Shown: piece by piece, positions 41,901 to 51,522 of the stretch
How the letters are laid out: each line of letters begins with the position of its first letter
Position numbering within the stretch: position 1 is the first letter of the stretch
NCBI GenBank assembly: GCA_015062345.1
Contig: SUUV01000003.1
Coordinates: forward strand, 15,572-79,571
DNA length: 64,000 nt
DNA from: Alphaproteobacteria bacterium
GTDB taxonomy: Bacteria > Pseudomonadota > Alphaproteobacteria > RF32 > CAG-239
Direction of reading: 5' to 3'
The notes under the pieces: generated by a model
The model's database searches: none
Told to the model about the DNA's origin: nothing
Seen by the model: the letters and a program-made list of their open reading frames with translations, nothing else
Made by a program: the position numbers and the translations under genes

Positions 41901-42272
41901 TTGAGAAATCGGAATTAGATTATTCAATTCTGTCTCAATTTCTAATTGTTTCAGAACTTCTATTTGAGTATTAGTCAAAGAATAGTTTTGTTTTATGTTA
42001 TCATAAATATCAAAAAATTTTATATCCTGATTTTTGTATAAAATTCTCTGATTTTCTCTTACAAAACACTCACTTTCTCTTCTAATAGTAAAAAAATTAT
42101 TTCTTACTATTTCAGGTAATTCTCTATACTTCAAATCTTCTTGTAATATTTTTTGAACAATAGTAAAAATTCCAACAGGATTAGCTGTTGTCCTTGCTAC
42201 AAGCGTGTCAAAAATATCAAATGAATATAAATCATAGGGCATCGTGCTTTTATCTATTATCTGCAAACTCAT
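38934..42272 (-). CDS. 1112-aa multidomain protein: HAD-like N-terminus, three tandem KTHK(I/V)..LG(L/I)K modules, and a C-terminal GT4 glycosyltransferase.
   Basis: FDIFDTLV (HAD motif I). Triple repeat FS(I/V)(K/E)(N/R)..K(T/K)HK(I/V)(I/L)...(F/L)G(I/F)K(I/M)K. GT4 region EGIMMSCPIIVT. Confidence 0.75.
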   Translation of the reverse strand: MSLQIIDKSTMPYDLYSFDIFDTLVARTTANPVGIFTIVQKILQEDLKYRELPEIVRNNFFTIRRESECFVRENQRILYKNQDIKFFDIYDNIKQNYSLTNTQIEVLKQLEIETELNNLIPISQNINRIKELILNGKRVILISDMYHEESTIRRFLTHIDSIFNDIKIYVSSEFNKTKSSTALYRHIQSIENVPFGKWCHCGDNMHADINQAKSLGMGTVHVPFPPFKDYENKHLFRSYLCEEDFYSQLLIGCARLTRLLSEDKSPVYQFGCSFAGPILYNYVSWILQQAETRNVKNLYFVARDGYVLKLIADEIIKVKNLAINTKYIYGSRAAWRIPNEKTVKQFLSGIFDEYRHIFSLNFLSSRLFIDVSELKTFAETEDTSLILKNDAINELYKNLINNPNFINRLLEINKTKQELLLEYLEQEIDFSEDTIAFVDLYGTGRTQDLLSEIINLKYNKDVLSLYFHSAFEVKQKDKSQKVNYFSTNQFKHFTIELLCRNVDGQTLGYKKENGRVIPVFDEINSQKLLDWGYLNYIQGLKDYAKNMAHVENINKTSINSYNVQKKYIKYYLNEMNKETADILGSIPYAAVGYETDISECAREYTKNDYKKMLLNGNKNFMNTLEFISLKRSDRKFQKLFDFNKKHHSIKRFILSPLKKMFSIEKNTRKTHKIICFMGIKIKYAIVKNKKYNFLEKIFSIKNDKRKTHKVLCVFGIKMKFPRKQKGKYSFIENVFSIKRSNNKKYKVLTILGFHIKLRKFVPNKILLISQELSYSGSPHSLLRICKVLKKYNYDIEVWSLQDGDFKREFEKFNIVTKIVTKEDYSKKGIRDKVREFDLAICNTVLTDYPYSIVKDLVTTVWYIREAQNLPKFHNGRCERLLRKAKGIYCVSEYAQKFIKKYYKTKAKVVHNCVEDFADGSKKEYFKNGKINFLILGTIEPRKGMDVAISAIKNLPSEIKEKVTLTFAGRTINSTFFTKYYNQILSSIENEDNIKYIGEIKNIDEKINIYKTSDVVIVPSTDESCSLVALEGIMMSCPIIVTKNVGAKYVVNKNTGWVFETGNTQELASIMKYIVENKKIIPKMGLSAREEYLKTSNMNIYEKNIIKLIKENI

Positions 42273-42325
42273 TTTTCTTTCTTCCTTTTTATTTTCTTAA
42301 TTAACGACAAACTGGAACTATAACG

Positions 42326-43315
42326 CTAACTTTTGGTGTTGTTTTTTCCCCTTTTAATTTTTATCTTCAAGCCTAAAATTGTTATTATCTTATGTGTTTT
42401 AGTAGTATTATTTTTTACGGAAAAAATATTTTGAATATACTTTTTAATAAATTGTTTGTATACAAAACTTTTAACCTTTGGATTATATTTGCTCATTTTC
42501 TTAATTATTTTATACGAACGAAAATTCAGATAACTTCTTACATATGACAAATGTTGCTCGAGCCTAATATAAGAGTATTCATTTAACTTACTCAAATTAT
42601 ATTCATGAGCATATTTCATATTATCTAAAATTCCCATCAGCATATGATTTGTTTTTTCTGTATTCCATTTAACTGTATTATGCCCAATCCTATAAGCATA
42701 GGTAATTTTATCAAGAGCATAAAATCTTTTGGCTTTTATCATTGCATTAACAAAAAAAGGAGGATCTTGAAATCGTTTATATAACGGATAAAAAATTTCA
42801 TTTTCTAATAAAAACTCTCTATCATAAACAAAGCGATGATATCCATAATCAAACTGATAATCTTTATATTCTATTATTTCATTTTTTTCAAATAAATATC
42901 CTAAAAAAGAATCTTGATATTCTTTTTCAAGTACATCTGCATTATTTGTAAAATGAGAGAATTCTCCGCCACAAATTAATACATTATTTTTTATTGCCCC
43001 ATGATACAATACTGCCAAAACATCTTGCGTCGGATATTTATCATCAGGATCAATAAAACAAACAAACTCGCCTTTGGCAAGTTTTATACCATTATTTCTT
43101 GCGGTTGAAACCCCTTTATTTTCTTGATTAAAAACGATTATTCTATTATCTTTTTTCTCATACTCACATAAAATCTCAAGGCTATTATCAGTTGAACCAT
43201 CATTAATGCAGATAATTTCAATATCTTCTAATGTCTGATTTATTATACTATCCAAACATTCTCTCAAGTATCTTTCAACATTATATACCGGTATTATTAC
43301 ACTAACTTTTGGCAT
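42326..43315 (-). CDS. GT2-family glycosyltransferase.
   Basis: MPKVSVIIPVYNVERYL...DGSTDNS. C-terminal KTHKIITILGLKIKIK motif. Confidence 0.85.
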   Translation of the reverse strand: MPKVSVIIPVYNVERYLRECLDSIINQTLEDIEIICINDGSTDNSLEILCEYEKKDNRIIVFNQENKGVSTARNNGIKLAKGEFVCFIDPDDKYPTQDVLAVLYHGAIKNNVLICGGEFSHFTNNADVLEKEYQDSFLGYLFEKNEIIEYKDYQFDYGYHRFVYDREFLLENEIFYPLYKRFQDPPFFVNAMIKAKRFYALDKITYAYRIGHNTVKWNTEKTNHMLMGILDNMKYAHEYNLSKLNEYSYIRLEQHLSYVRSYLNFRSYKIIKKMSKYNPKVKSFVYKQFIKKYIQNIFSVKNNTTKTHKIITILGLKIKIKRGKNNTKS

Positions 43316-44379
43316 TAATTGAAACTCCATTTTTTTCCAAACAATGTTACAGATACTTCACGCTTATTTAACCTAAGGCTAAAAAACTTTTTCTTGTTTC
43401 GTTTTTTTAATATTTTTTCTCGAGCCAAATCAATATCTTTTTTTATTAATAAATATAACTCTTTTTCATCATCACGAACAATTTTACTTTCTGAAAACAA
43501 TTTTTCCGGCATATATGACATAAGTTTTTTTATTTTTTTCTTACAATCCTCAAAATCTGCTATATCTTTCATACCTAAAACAATGCGGATATAACCAAGT
43601 TCTCTCCTTGCCAATTGCAATAAAATATTTTTATCTTTTATCTTATTTTGCTTTAACCATTGATGTATTTCTTCACTTCGCTTAAATGGAATTGTATAGT
43701 CTTTTAATGCATCTGATTCATACTTATCCAATATTCGCCAGTAATAATATGCTTTAGAAGTATAATTTATTTTGTTTGCCAAACACATTGTTTGAACTTG
43801 AAACGGATTATCAGTCCAACCGGAGCCGGGAGCTTCTATAAACTTAATATTATGTTTTGTTAAAAATTCTCTATTATAAATACAACTCCATACACTTGGA
43901 TGATAATATAAAAAGTAAGGATATTCTTTTATCTTGAAACTCTTATTTTCAGGTATAAAATCTTCCCATTTTACTTTAGTTAATTTTGTTTTCTCTTTTG
44001 CTTGAAAATTATTATAAAATGCCGATTTAACAATATCAGAATTATACTTTTCAGCTATTGCATACAAATCAGCATACATATCAGAATCAATATAATCATC
44101 AGGTTCAACAATTGCTACATATTCACCGGTTGCCTGACTCAAACCAACATTACACGCTTGTCCATAACCACCGTTTTCTTTATGTATTACTTTTATGCGC
44201 CTGTCTTTTAGAGCATATTCATCTATAATTTGCGGACACGCATCTTTTGAACCGTCATCAATAAGTATAATCTCCATATCTTTTAATGTTTGCGCCAATA
44301 TGCTGTCTAAACATTCTCTTAAATATTTTTCAACTCCATAAATCGGAACAATAACAGAGATTTTTGGCTTTTTAACCAT
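43315..44379 (-). CDS. GT2-family glycosyltransferase.
   Basis: ISVIVPIYGVEKYL..DDGSKD..EPDD. Confidence 0.85.
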   Translation of the reverse strand: MVKKPKISVIVPIYGVEKYLRECLDSILAQTLKDMEIILIDDGSKDACPQIIDEYALKDRRIKVIHKENGGYGQACNVGLSQATGEYVAIVEPDDYIDSDMYADLYAIAEKYNSDIVKSAFYNNFQAKEKTKLTKVKWEDFIPENKSFKIKEYPYFLYYHPSVWSCIYNREFLTKHNIKFIEAPGSGWTDNPFQVQTMCLANKINYTSKAYYYWRILDKYESDALKDYTIPFKRSEEIHQWLKQNKIKDKNILLQLARRELGYIRIVLGMKDIADFEDCKKKIKKLMSYMPEKLFSESKIVRDDEKELYLLIKKDIDLAREKILKKRNKKKFFSLRLNKREVSVTLFGKKWSFN

Positions 44380-45496
44380 TTTTCTTTACCTCCTCAAATA
44401 AATCCAATGCTCTGGCAATGGCTTTATCCATATCGTAATACTTATAATCCCCTAACCGACCCAAGAAGTACACATTCTTTAAAGCTTTTGCTTTTTCTAA
44501 ATAGCGATTATACAAGTCTTGATTTTCTTGTTTTACAATCGGATAATATCTATCATTTTTACCCTGTTCAAAGTTGATTGGATATTCATAAGAAACTACC
44601 GTTTTTTCAGATTTGTTATCCAAAAAATATTTATATTCGCCAATTCTGGTCCAATTATAATTATTCGGATAGTTCACAACCGAATTTGTTTGAAAATATG
44701 GCTTATCATAAGTCAAAAAGTCAAATTTTAAGCTACGATATGGCAATTCACCTAATTCATACTCAAAAAATTCGTCAATCGGGCCGGTAAAAAACAATCT
44801 ATCATATTTTACTTTCCCTTTAATATCACTCCACTTTGTATTTAATTTAACTTTTATAAGCGGATTATCTAACATTTTTTCTATAACGGCCGTATATCCG
44901 TTTAACGGAATTCCCTGATATATATCTTGGAAATAACGATTATCTCTGCTGATATATACAGGAACTCTGCCCGTTACTGCCGGATCTAAGTCTTCGGGTT
45001 TCATACCCCATTGCTTTAATGTATAATGTAAAAATATTTTTTCATAAACATAATCGGCTAAAAACTCTAAATCTTTGTCACCGGCTTTTCTTAACTCCAA
45101 TATCGGAACTTTTACATTAAAACCAAATTTTGCAATCAGTTTTGTTTCCAACACATCTGCAATTGATTTTGGAAACACTTGATGTATAGAATTTAAGTTA
45201 AAAGGAATTGGAACTAATTGACCATCAATTTGCCCTTTCACTTCATGCATATAAGGATACCATTGTGTAAATGTTGATACATAATCCCATACATTTTTTA
45301 AGTTGGTATGAAATATATGCGTGCCATATTGATGAACACAAATACCGTTTTTATCCCAGTAGTCATAACAATTACCGCCTATATGATTTTTAGAATCAAT
45401 TATCACAACTTCTTGACCTAACTCTGTCGCAATTTTATTTGCCAAAGTAACGCCGGAAAAACCCATTCCTACTATTAAATTTTTTACATTTTCCAT
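44372..45496 (-). CDS. glf: UDP-galactopyranose mutase.
   Basis: FAD-binding motif GMGFSGVTLA...GGNCYDY and a Glf-like core. ATG at 45496 preferred over the longer ORF. Confidence 0.85.
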   Translation of the reverse strand: MENVKNLIVGMGFSGVTLANKIATELGQEVVIIDSKNHIGGNCYDYWDKNGICVHQYGTHIFHTNLKNVWDYVSTFTQWYPYMHEVKGQIDGQLVPIPFNLNSIHQVFPKSIADVLETKLIAKFGFNVKVPILELRKAGDKDLEFLADYVYEKIFLHYTLKQWGMKPEDLDPAVTGRVPVYISRDNRYFQDIYQGIPLNGYTAVIEKMLDNPLIKVKLNTKWSDIKGKVKYDRLFFTGPIDEFFEYELGELPYRSLKFDFLTYDKPYFQTNSVVNYPNNYNWTRIGEYKYFLDNKSEKTVVSYEYPINFEQGKNDRYYPIVKQENQDLYNRYLEKAKALKNVYFLGRLGDYKYYDMDKAIARALDLFEEVKKNG

Positions 45497-46314
45497 CTTT
45501 TCTTTCCCAATCCTATTGCGGTTAAAAATTTTCTCTTCATTTTTTTGAACTGATATTTTCTCCACTTTAGTTTATTTTCTTCAATAAACAACAAGGGAAG
45601 TTCTTTGATTTTTAATTCTTTATGAACAGATAAAAACGCACCCGTTAAGCGTTCTGCTAAAAATCCATAAACCCTTTGTTGGTATACATCTCTTTCCATT
45701 ACATCAGATTGAATTCTTTTTTCTACTTCAAATAAAATACTAAAAAGCCATTTGGCATATGCATCAAATACTTCTTTTTTGGCAACTATTATATTACACC
45801 TGTACATTTGTGAATTATTTTTTATAAAATCACATGCAATATCATATTGTTCCGGATATAATTTTTTTATGACATCTAAAGCAACTTCCAAATCTGAAAT
45901 GATATGCTCGTTCTTATAATGTTCATAAAGGCTGGTATTGATTTTTTTGGTCATTTTAGGAACAAGTATGTCATATTGTTGTAAAAGTGTTTGTATCTTA
46001 CTTTTAACAATGTGATAATTTGTTAAAATATCTTCGTGTTCTATAAATTCTACTTTTTCATTATCCTTAAAATTTAAATATCTGCGATAATGAAATAAGC
46101 CGACATAATCAGCTTTGATATTTTTCCATATCCAATATGTTGCCGTAAGCTCGCAAAAGTATGGATTTTTTGATGAGATATTATCTCCCGTATTATCCCC
46201 TATAAGACCGAGTTCTTGCTTGCTCAATTCTTTACCGACATGAATTGGAGTAATAATATCGTTTTTCAGCAACAAACAATTCTTGTGATAACAAGTGAAT
46301 ATTTTACATTCCAT
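45484..46314 (-). CDS. DUF4422-like putative glycosyltransferase (galactofuranosyltransferase-like).
   Basis: KIFTCYHK...PIHVGK...LGLIGDNTGDNISSKN..CELTATYWIWKN. Confidence 0.6.
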   Translation of the reverse strand: MECKIFTCYHKNCLLLKNDIITPIHVGKELSKQELGLIGDNTGDNISSKNPYFCELTATYWIWKNIKADYVGLFHYRRYLNFKDNEKVEFIEHEDILTNYHIVKSKIQTLLQQYDILVPKMTKKINTSLYEHYKNEHIISDLEVALDVIKKLYPEQYDIACDFIKNNSQMYRCNIIVAKKEVFDAYAKWLFSILFEVEKRIQSDVMERDVYQQRVYGFLAERLTGAFLSVHKELKIKELPLLFIEENKLKWRKYQFKKMKRKFLTAIGLGKKRWKM

Positions 46315-46423
46315 AACGATAATATACCTTTTATAAATTTCCTTATTTTCCCAATCAGATACAGTACATAAGTTTTATATATGATAAAAGGTCTAATATC
46401 AAGAACAATTTTTTATAATTATG

Positions 46424-48622
46424 TTATATACCCAATTCCGCTAAAACCTCTTTTTTAAGTGCCAAGTTATCAATTTTTCCGGTTGCCGTGGTCGGAATTT
46501 TATCTTTAATCAAAATGATTTTCGGTAAGTACAATTCCGGATATCCGTTATTTTTGATAAATTCTCTTAAGCATTCAAGTGTGAGGCTTTCATCGGTGGC
46601 AACCACAACAATTTGCTCTCCCTTATGTTCGTGCGGAACGGCCACCACACCGCATGCAAAATCTTCTTTATCATTAAATGCTTTACAAATCATATCTTCA
46701 ACTGCTTTTAGCGATACCATTTCACCACCGATTTTTGCAAACCGTTTAATGCGGTCTTTTATGGTAATAAAACCGATTTCATCAATTTCTACCACATCGC
46801 CGGTTTTATACCAACCGTCAACAGGAGGCACAAGAACACCGGGATTATCGGCTAAAATATATCCTTTCATCACATTAGGGCCTTTAACCACAAGCTCACC
46901 GCCTTTTTCAATGCCATCAATTTTTTCTAACTTACATTCCATTCCGGGGCAAAGTTTTCCGATGGTGCCAAACTTGTTAAACACCATATTATTGCCGGCA
47001 ACCGCAGGTGAGCATTCGGTTGTGCCGTATGCTTCCATCAAACGAACTCCCAACTTTTCATTTAAAATATTTCTGGTTTCAAGTTTAACTCCTTCGGCTC
47101 CGGCATAAGCCAAACGAAGTGAGGCAAAATCAAGCGGGTGAGAAATTTTTGCATAACTTTTGAAAAATGTGTCTGTTCCAATCATAACCGTTGCACTTAA
47201 TTCATACAACAAATCGCTGATAACTCTAAAATGCAACGGTGATGGATATAAAAACACTTTAGCCCCCTGATAAAGCGCAAACAAAGTGCCCAACACAAGT
47301 CCGAAACTATGAAAAATCGGCATCGAGTTTAAGATAACATCACTTCGGTTTAAGGTTTCAAAAGTTGCAATTTGCCATACATTTGAAACAATATTTCTAT
47401 GCGAAAGCACCACCGCTTTTGGCGATCCTTCAGAGCCTGATGTAAACAAAATTGCCGCACTGTCATCAACCGAGGCCTTATAAGGAACATATTTTACTTT
47501 ATATTGCAAATAAGCCAAAACTTTTGCCCAAATTGAAACCTTTTTAACCGCTTCTTCCAAATAATAAACTTCAAAACCTTCGTTTTTAACAGCCTCAATA
47601 ACTGTTTCCAAGCCTGCTTTTTTTATAAACATTTTTGAAGTGACAACTTTTTTGCTTTTAACGGTTTTTAATCCGCTTACAATGTTTTTAACACCGGCAC
47701 TGAAATTAATCATCACCGGCACTTGTCCATACGCATTAAAGCCGAAAAATGCACAAATTGCCGCCACGGAGTTAGGCAACATTAAACCGATCGGTTCCTG
47801 ATGCTCGGAGCGTTTATAAAAGAATCGTCCCAAAACATATGATGCAAGCATAATATCTTTAAAACTTTTAGGCTTTCTTGAAATATCTTCCATCACTTTC
47901 GGCCTTACCAATCCGAAATATTTTTTGGCGTGCCTTTTGGCCGATTTAATAAGCTGGGTAAACACGGTTAAACTCGGATCATACATAGATTTGAATGCTT
48001 GCTGGCGCATAATCATATAAATCTCATTTGAAATGTGGTTGCGTTGATGTCTTAATTCATCTTTTAATTTAAGAGGCCGAGGAGCATCTACCACAATTTT
48101 GCATCTGGGAAAATAGTGATGAGGAAGTTTGCCGCCGGTTTTGGAAAAATATGACCAATATTGCAAACCGTTAATCCACACCGGAATCACCGGAGCATCG
48201 GTTTTGTCGGCCAAAAGTCCGGCAGATTCATAAATTTTCATAATATTGCCGTTGGTTGTCATTCGACCTTCGGGGAAAATTACGCATAAGCGTTCAGAAT
48301 TTACTTTTTCAATTAAGTGTTTTAAATCCGGAATATCCAAATTGCCATATTCCATAATGTCGGCCGTTTTCATAAACAAACGCACCCAATAGTTACGATA
48401 AAGTTGTCCGTGCAAAGCAAAAATGGGCTTACCCGGTAAAAAAGCAAACAAAACTATGGGGTCAACATATGAAACATGGTTTGAAATGTAGATACCTTTT
48501 TTAGGCAAATCTTTTAAGTCAAAATTTAATTCAAAGCGAACTTTAAACATTTTGAAAAAACATCTTAATAAGAAACGAACAACATTTTGTAACATGGCAA
48601 GCCTTTCTTTAAACACAACCAC
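46424..48622 (-). CDS. Bifunctional acyltransferase (PlsC-like) plus acyl-ACP/CoA synthetase, Aas-like.
   Basis: N-terminal HxxxxD acyltransferase region (SNHVSYVDP). C-terminal AMP-binding domain (TSGSEGSPKAV). Confidence 0.8.
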   Translation of the reverse strand: MVVFKERLAMLQNVVRFLLRCFFKMFKVRFELNFDLKDLPKKGIYISNHVSYVDPIVLFAFLPGKPIFALHGQLYRNYWVRLFMKTADIMEYGNLDIPDLKHLIEKVNSERLCVIFPEGRMTTNGNIMKIYESAGLLADKTDAPVIPVWINGLQYWSYFSKTGGKLPHHYFPRCKIVVDAPRPLKLKDELRHQRNHISNEIYMIMRQQAFKSMYDPSLTVFTQLIKSAKRHAKKYFGLVRPKVMEDISRKPKSFKDIMLASYVLGRFFYKRSEHQEPIGLMLPNSVAAICAFFGFNAYGQVPVMINFSAGVKNIVSGLKTVKSKKVVTSKMFIKKAGLETVIEAVKNEGFEVYYLEEAVKKVSIWAKVLAYLQYKVKYVPYKASVDDSAAILFTSGSEGSPKAVVLSHRNIVSNVWQIATFETLNRSDVILNSMPIFHSFGLVLGTLFALYQGAKVFLYPSPLHFRVISDLLYELSATVMIGTDTFFKSYAKISHPLDFASLRLAYAGAEGVKLETRNILNEKLGVRLMEAYGTTECSPAVAGNNMVFNKFGTIGKLCPGMECKLEKIDGIEKGGELVVKGPNVMKGYILADNPGVLVPPVDGWYKTGDVVEIDEIGFITIKDRIKRFAKIGGEMVSLKAVEDMICKAFNDKEDFACGVVAVPHEHKGEQIVVVATDESLTLECLREFIKNNGYPELYLPKIILIKDKIPTTATGKIDNLALKKEVLAELGI

Positions 48623-48762
48623 GCAAAGTGTATAACAGATTAAGCCTTATGTAAAGTAGGCACTTTTGAGATACTATTGAGAAAAAACTCTTTTTTTATA
48701 TCTCTTGACAAAGACATAAACATCGTTTATCATCATTTTGACAAATTAATTATCATCATATT

Positions 48763-49155
48763 ATGAGGACAGCAATAAAGCAAAAGGCGATTCATTGCCT
48801 TGAACACGGATTTTATCCGCAACATGTAGTAAAAAAGTTTTTAAGCAAGCAACAGAACAAAAATGCCGGCAGTTGGGTAAAAACTCTCGATGACCCGCAG
48901 ATTTTAGCTCGCTATGTTTACTGTAGAGATGTAAAGTTCTACGGATACACGGAGAAAACGGAGCGTTGCAAAAGAGCTTATTACAGGTCTTGCGGTGTTA
49001 CACCCAAAAAGATGGAGAACTTCTTACACCTAAACAACGAGTTGTTGCTTGATGTGTATGAAAACACCACTCACAAGGAACTCAAGAGCTATTATAAGGC
49101 TCTTGCTTGCTTAAACGGTATTGAGCCAAAAGCCACTTGTCACATTTGGGAGTGA
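48763..49155 (+). CDS. Hypothetical protein.
   Basis: ORF of 130 aa. Confidence 0.45.
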   Translation: MRTAIKQKAIHCLEHGFYPQHVVKKFLSKQQNKNAGSWVKTLDDPQILARYVYCRDVKFYGYTEKTERCKRAYYRSCGVTPKKMENFLHLNNELLLDVYENTTHKELKSYYKALACLNGIEPKATCHIWE

Positions 49156-49161
49156 CGAAAA

Positions 49162-49338
49162 ATGGAAGAGCTTGTACACAAAATTCAAGCAAGGCTCATC
49201 AACTCGTTTATAAACGAAGCTCCGTCAACCGAAGACTTGAGGAACTTTGTTATAATTTCGGTGTTGTTTTCCGAAGGCGACTTGTTGCACGATGAAGTTA
49301 CCAAAGACAGCTTTGTAAAGCTCTGTACTATGTGCTAA
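49162..49338 (+). CDS. Possible small ORF (58 codons) immediately downstream of 48763..49155. Below the ORF-track length cutoff.
   Basis: My own translation gives MEELVHKIQARLINSFINEAPSTEDLRNFVIISVLFSEGDLLHDEVTKDSFVKLCTMC. Confidence 0.2.
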   Translation: MEELVHKIQARLINSFINEAPSTEDLRNFVIISVLFSEGDLLHDEVTKDSFVKLCTMC

Positions 49339-49379
49339 ACAACTTCACCTGCCCCGTTACAACAACGGCGCAGGTTTTT

Positions 49380-49973
49380 TTATTTTATTTTTTGTGATAA
49401 TTCTTTATAAGCGGCAGATATTTTTTTAAATTTTTCTTCGCAAAACTTATCACCCGCATTGACATCGGGATGATATTTTTTTACCAATTTTTTATATTGT
49501 GTTTTTAAAACTTCCGGTGTTAAATCATCAAGTTCAACTTCTAAGACTTCGGCACACCTTTTATCATTGGCATTAAAATATATGTTGGTTTTTGATTTTG
49601 CCGATTCAAAAGAGCCCTCAATTCCGAGCTCATCAATAAAGTCATACCCGAATTGATATTTTATTTTTGAACGAAAACCGCCAAAATGCATTCTTTTTTT
49701 AATTGGCTCATCTTCATCAAACCCGTCTGTATAATAGTTCCACTTGGCATTATATTCTTGCACATGTTTTAGGCAAAACCAATAATACTCCTTTAAGCTT
49801 TTATCCTTAGGAGCTCTGTATTCGCCTTTTTCTTCACACCCTTGATGGTCGCATTTGTGTGCTTTTCCTTCGTTTTGCGGCGCAAAATATTTTCCGGTTC
49901 TGACTTTTTGATATTTCATAAAACCCTTATTACTCTCTTTTAAAAATTTAAGCAACAACAAAAATGTTGCCAA
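49380..49973 (-). CDS. J-domain protein with an N-terminal Cys/His-rich region.
   Basis: C-terminal J domain with HPD ([10 protein letters not shown]). Confidence 0.7.
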   Translation of the reverse strand: MATFLLLLKFLKESNKGFMKYQKVRTGKYFAPQNEGKAHKCDHQGCEEKGEYRAPKDKSLKEYYWFCLKHVQEYNAKWNYYTDGFDEDEPIKKRMHFGGFRSKIKYQFGYDFIDELGIEGSFESAKSKTNIYFNANDKRCAEVLEVELDDLTPEVLKTQYKKLVKKYHPDVNAGDKFCEEKFKKISAAYKELSQKIK

Positions 49974-50028
49974 ATTAATTTTAACTATTATGATTAAATA
50001 AGTTATAACTTAAACGGATTTTTTAAAT

Positions 50029-50868
50029 ATGCCCGAATTACCCGAAGTCGAAACCATTAAAAGAGCACTTGATAAAGTCATTAAAGGTGCAAAAATTTCA
50101 GATACTAAAGTTTTTTGCCGCAAGTTCAGAGTGCCAATCCCCGATTGTTTTGAGCAAAAAACAATATGTGCAACCATAACCGACATAAAAAGAATCGCAA
50201 AATATATTGTACTCGAGCTAGACAATAAACATAGCATTATTTGGCATTTGGGTATGAGCGGAAAAATAAAAATTTGCGAATCCGTACCGCAAGATTTGCA
50301 AAAACACGACCATGCGGTTTTTTATACCGATAAGGGCGTTATAATTTTTAATGATGCTCGTCGTTTTGGTATGCTTGACATAGTCGAATCGGCAAAATTA
50401 AATGAGCATTTTGCATTTAAAAATTTGGGAATCGACCCTTTTGATGAAAAATTAACCGCCGACTATTTGAAACAAAAATTAAAAAACAAAAAAACACCTG
50501 TCAAAGTTGCACTTCTTGACCAGTCCGTCATAAACGGAATCGGCAATATATATGCCTCAGAAGCTTTATATTCGGCAAAAATTTCACCTTTAAGAGAATC
50601 GTATACTTTAAGTTTGGCCGAGTGCGAATCGCTAATTGAGGCCATAAAAGAAACCTTAACCAAAGCCATTAAGGCCGGCGGTTCCACATTGAGAGATTAT
50701 GCAAAACCTGACGGTTCAACCGGATATTTTCAAGACGAGCACTGCGTATATAACAAAACCGGACAAGCGTGCCCTAACTGCAGTTGCAACCTGAAAACAA
50801 CAAAAGGAATTAAAAAAATTGTGCAAGCCGGACGCTCAACTTTTTATTGTCAAACCTTGCAAAAATAA
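50029..50868 (+). CDS. mutM: Formamidopyrimidine-DNA glycosylase.
   Basis: N-terminal MPELPEVE and a C-terminal zinc finger CPNCSC. Confidence 0.92.
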   Translation: MPELPEVETIKRALDKVIKGAKISDTKVFCRKFRVPIPDCFEQKTICATITDIKRIAKYIVLELDNKHSIIWHLGMSGKIKICESVPQDLQKHDHAVFYTDKGVIIFNDARRFGMLDIVESAKLNEHFAFKNLGIDPFDEKLTADYLKQKLKNKKTPVKVALLDQSVINGIGNIYASEALYSAKISPLRESYTLSLAECESLIEAIKETLTKAIKAGGSTLRDYAKPDGSTGYFQDEHCVYNKTGQACPNCSCNLKTTKGIKKIVQAGRSTFYCQTLQK

Positions 50869-51006
50869 CTAAACAAAAATCCAAACAAGCAAAAAAACAA
50901 AATTTTTACTGTTTTTTAAAAATTGTTGTTGACTTTTCCTTGAACTAGCGGCTATAAAGCATACCAGAATATTTTTTGTAATTAACTATAAACAGGAAGA
51001 AAGAAT

Positions 51007-51267
51007 ATGGCCAATCATAAATCGGCAAAAACGAGAATTAGAAGAAACGATAAACGCAGCATGATTAACGGCATGAGAAGAAGCCGTGTAAGAACTTTTG
51101 TTAAAAAAGTTATTGCTTTGATTGCTGAGGGCAATAAAGAAGCTGCCATGGCTGCATTTAATGTTGCTCAAAGCGAAATGATGCGCGCTGCTCAAAAAGG
51201 TGTTTTCCATAAAAATATGGCATCTCGCACAATTTCTCGTTTGGCTCAAAAAATTAAAGCTTTATAA
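51007..51267 (+). CDS. rpsT: 30S ribosomal protein S20.
   Basis: [14 protein letters not shown]... Confidence 0.92.
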   Translation: MANHKSAKTRIRRNDKRSMINGMRRSRVRTFVKKVIALIAEGNKEAAMAAFNVAQSEMMRAAQKGVFHKNMASRTISRLAQKIKAL

Positions 51268-51296
51268 TTTTAATTTTTCAGCAGAACAAAAAAGAC

Positions 51297-51340
51297 ACAA
51301 AAAACCAGTCAGCAAGACTGGGGTTTTGTGTCTTTTATTT
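51297..51340 (+). terminator. Intrinsic terminator after rpsT.
   Basis: aaccagtc-agcaa-gactgg followed by a U-rich tail. Confidence 0.65.
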
Positions 51341-51522
51341 TGCAAAATAAAGCGAATCTGCCCGACTCTGCAGAATCCTTATGTCAAGTAAAATAATTGC
51401 AATGTTCTAAAAATGTTCTGTTGTTTTTTATTTTTTTATGTTTAGTATACGAATCACTTTAAGAGTTATTATCGACTTTTATAAAAAACAATTTGTATCA
51501 ATTTAATAAAAGGGAAGTAGAT

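Noticed and set aside
46488-47108. A 206-aa plus-strand ORF inside the Aas-like gene, and similar antisense ORFs at 61132..61924 and 62873..63796.
   Set aside because: They lie antisense to strongly supported genes (AMP-binding enzyme, PfkB kinase, TypA). They have no independent support and are spurious.
51268-51522. The AT-rich rpsT-dnaA intergenic region as oriC.
   Set aside because: No perfect or clustered DnaA boxes were found by eye (best is TTATCgACt). A proper answer needs a genome-wide GC-skew analysis and box search.
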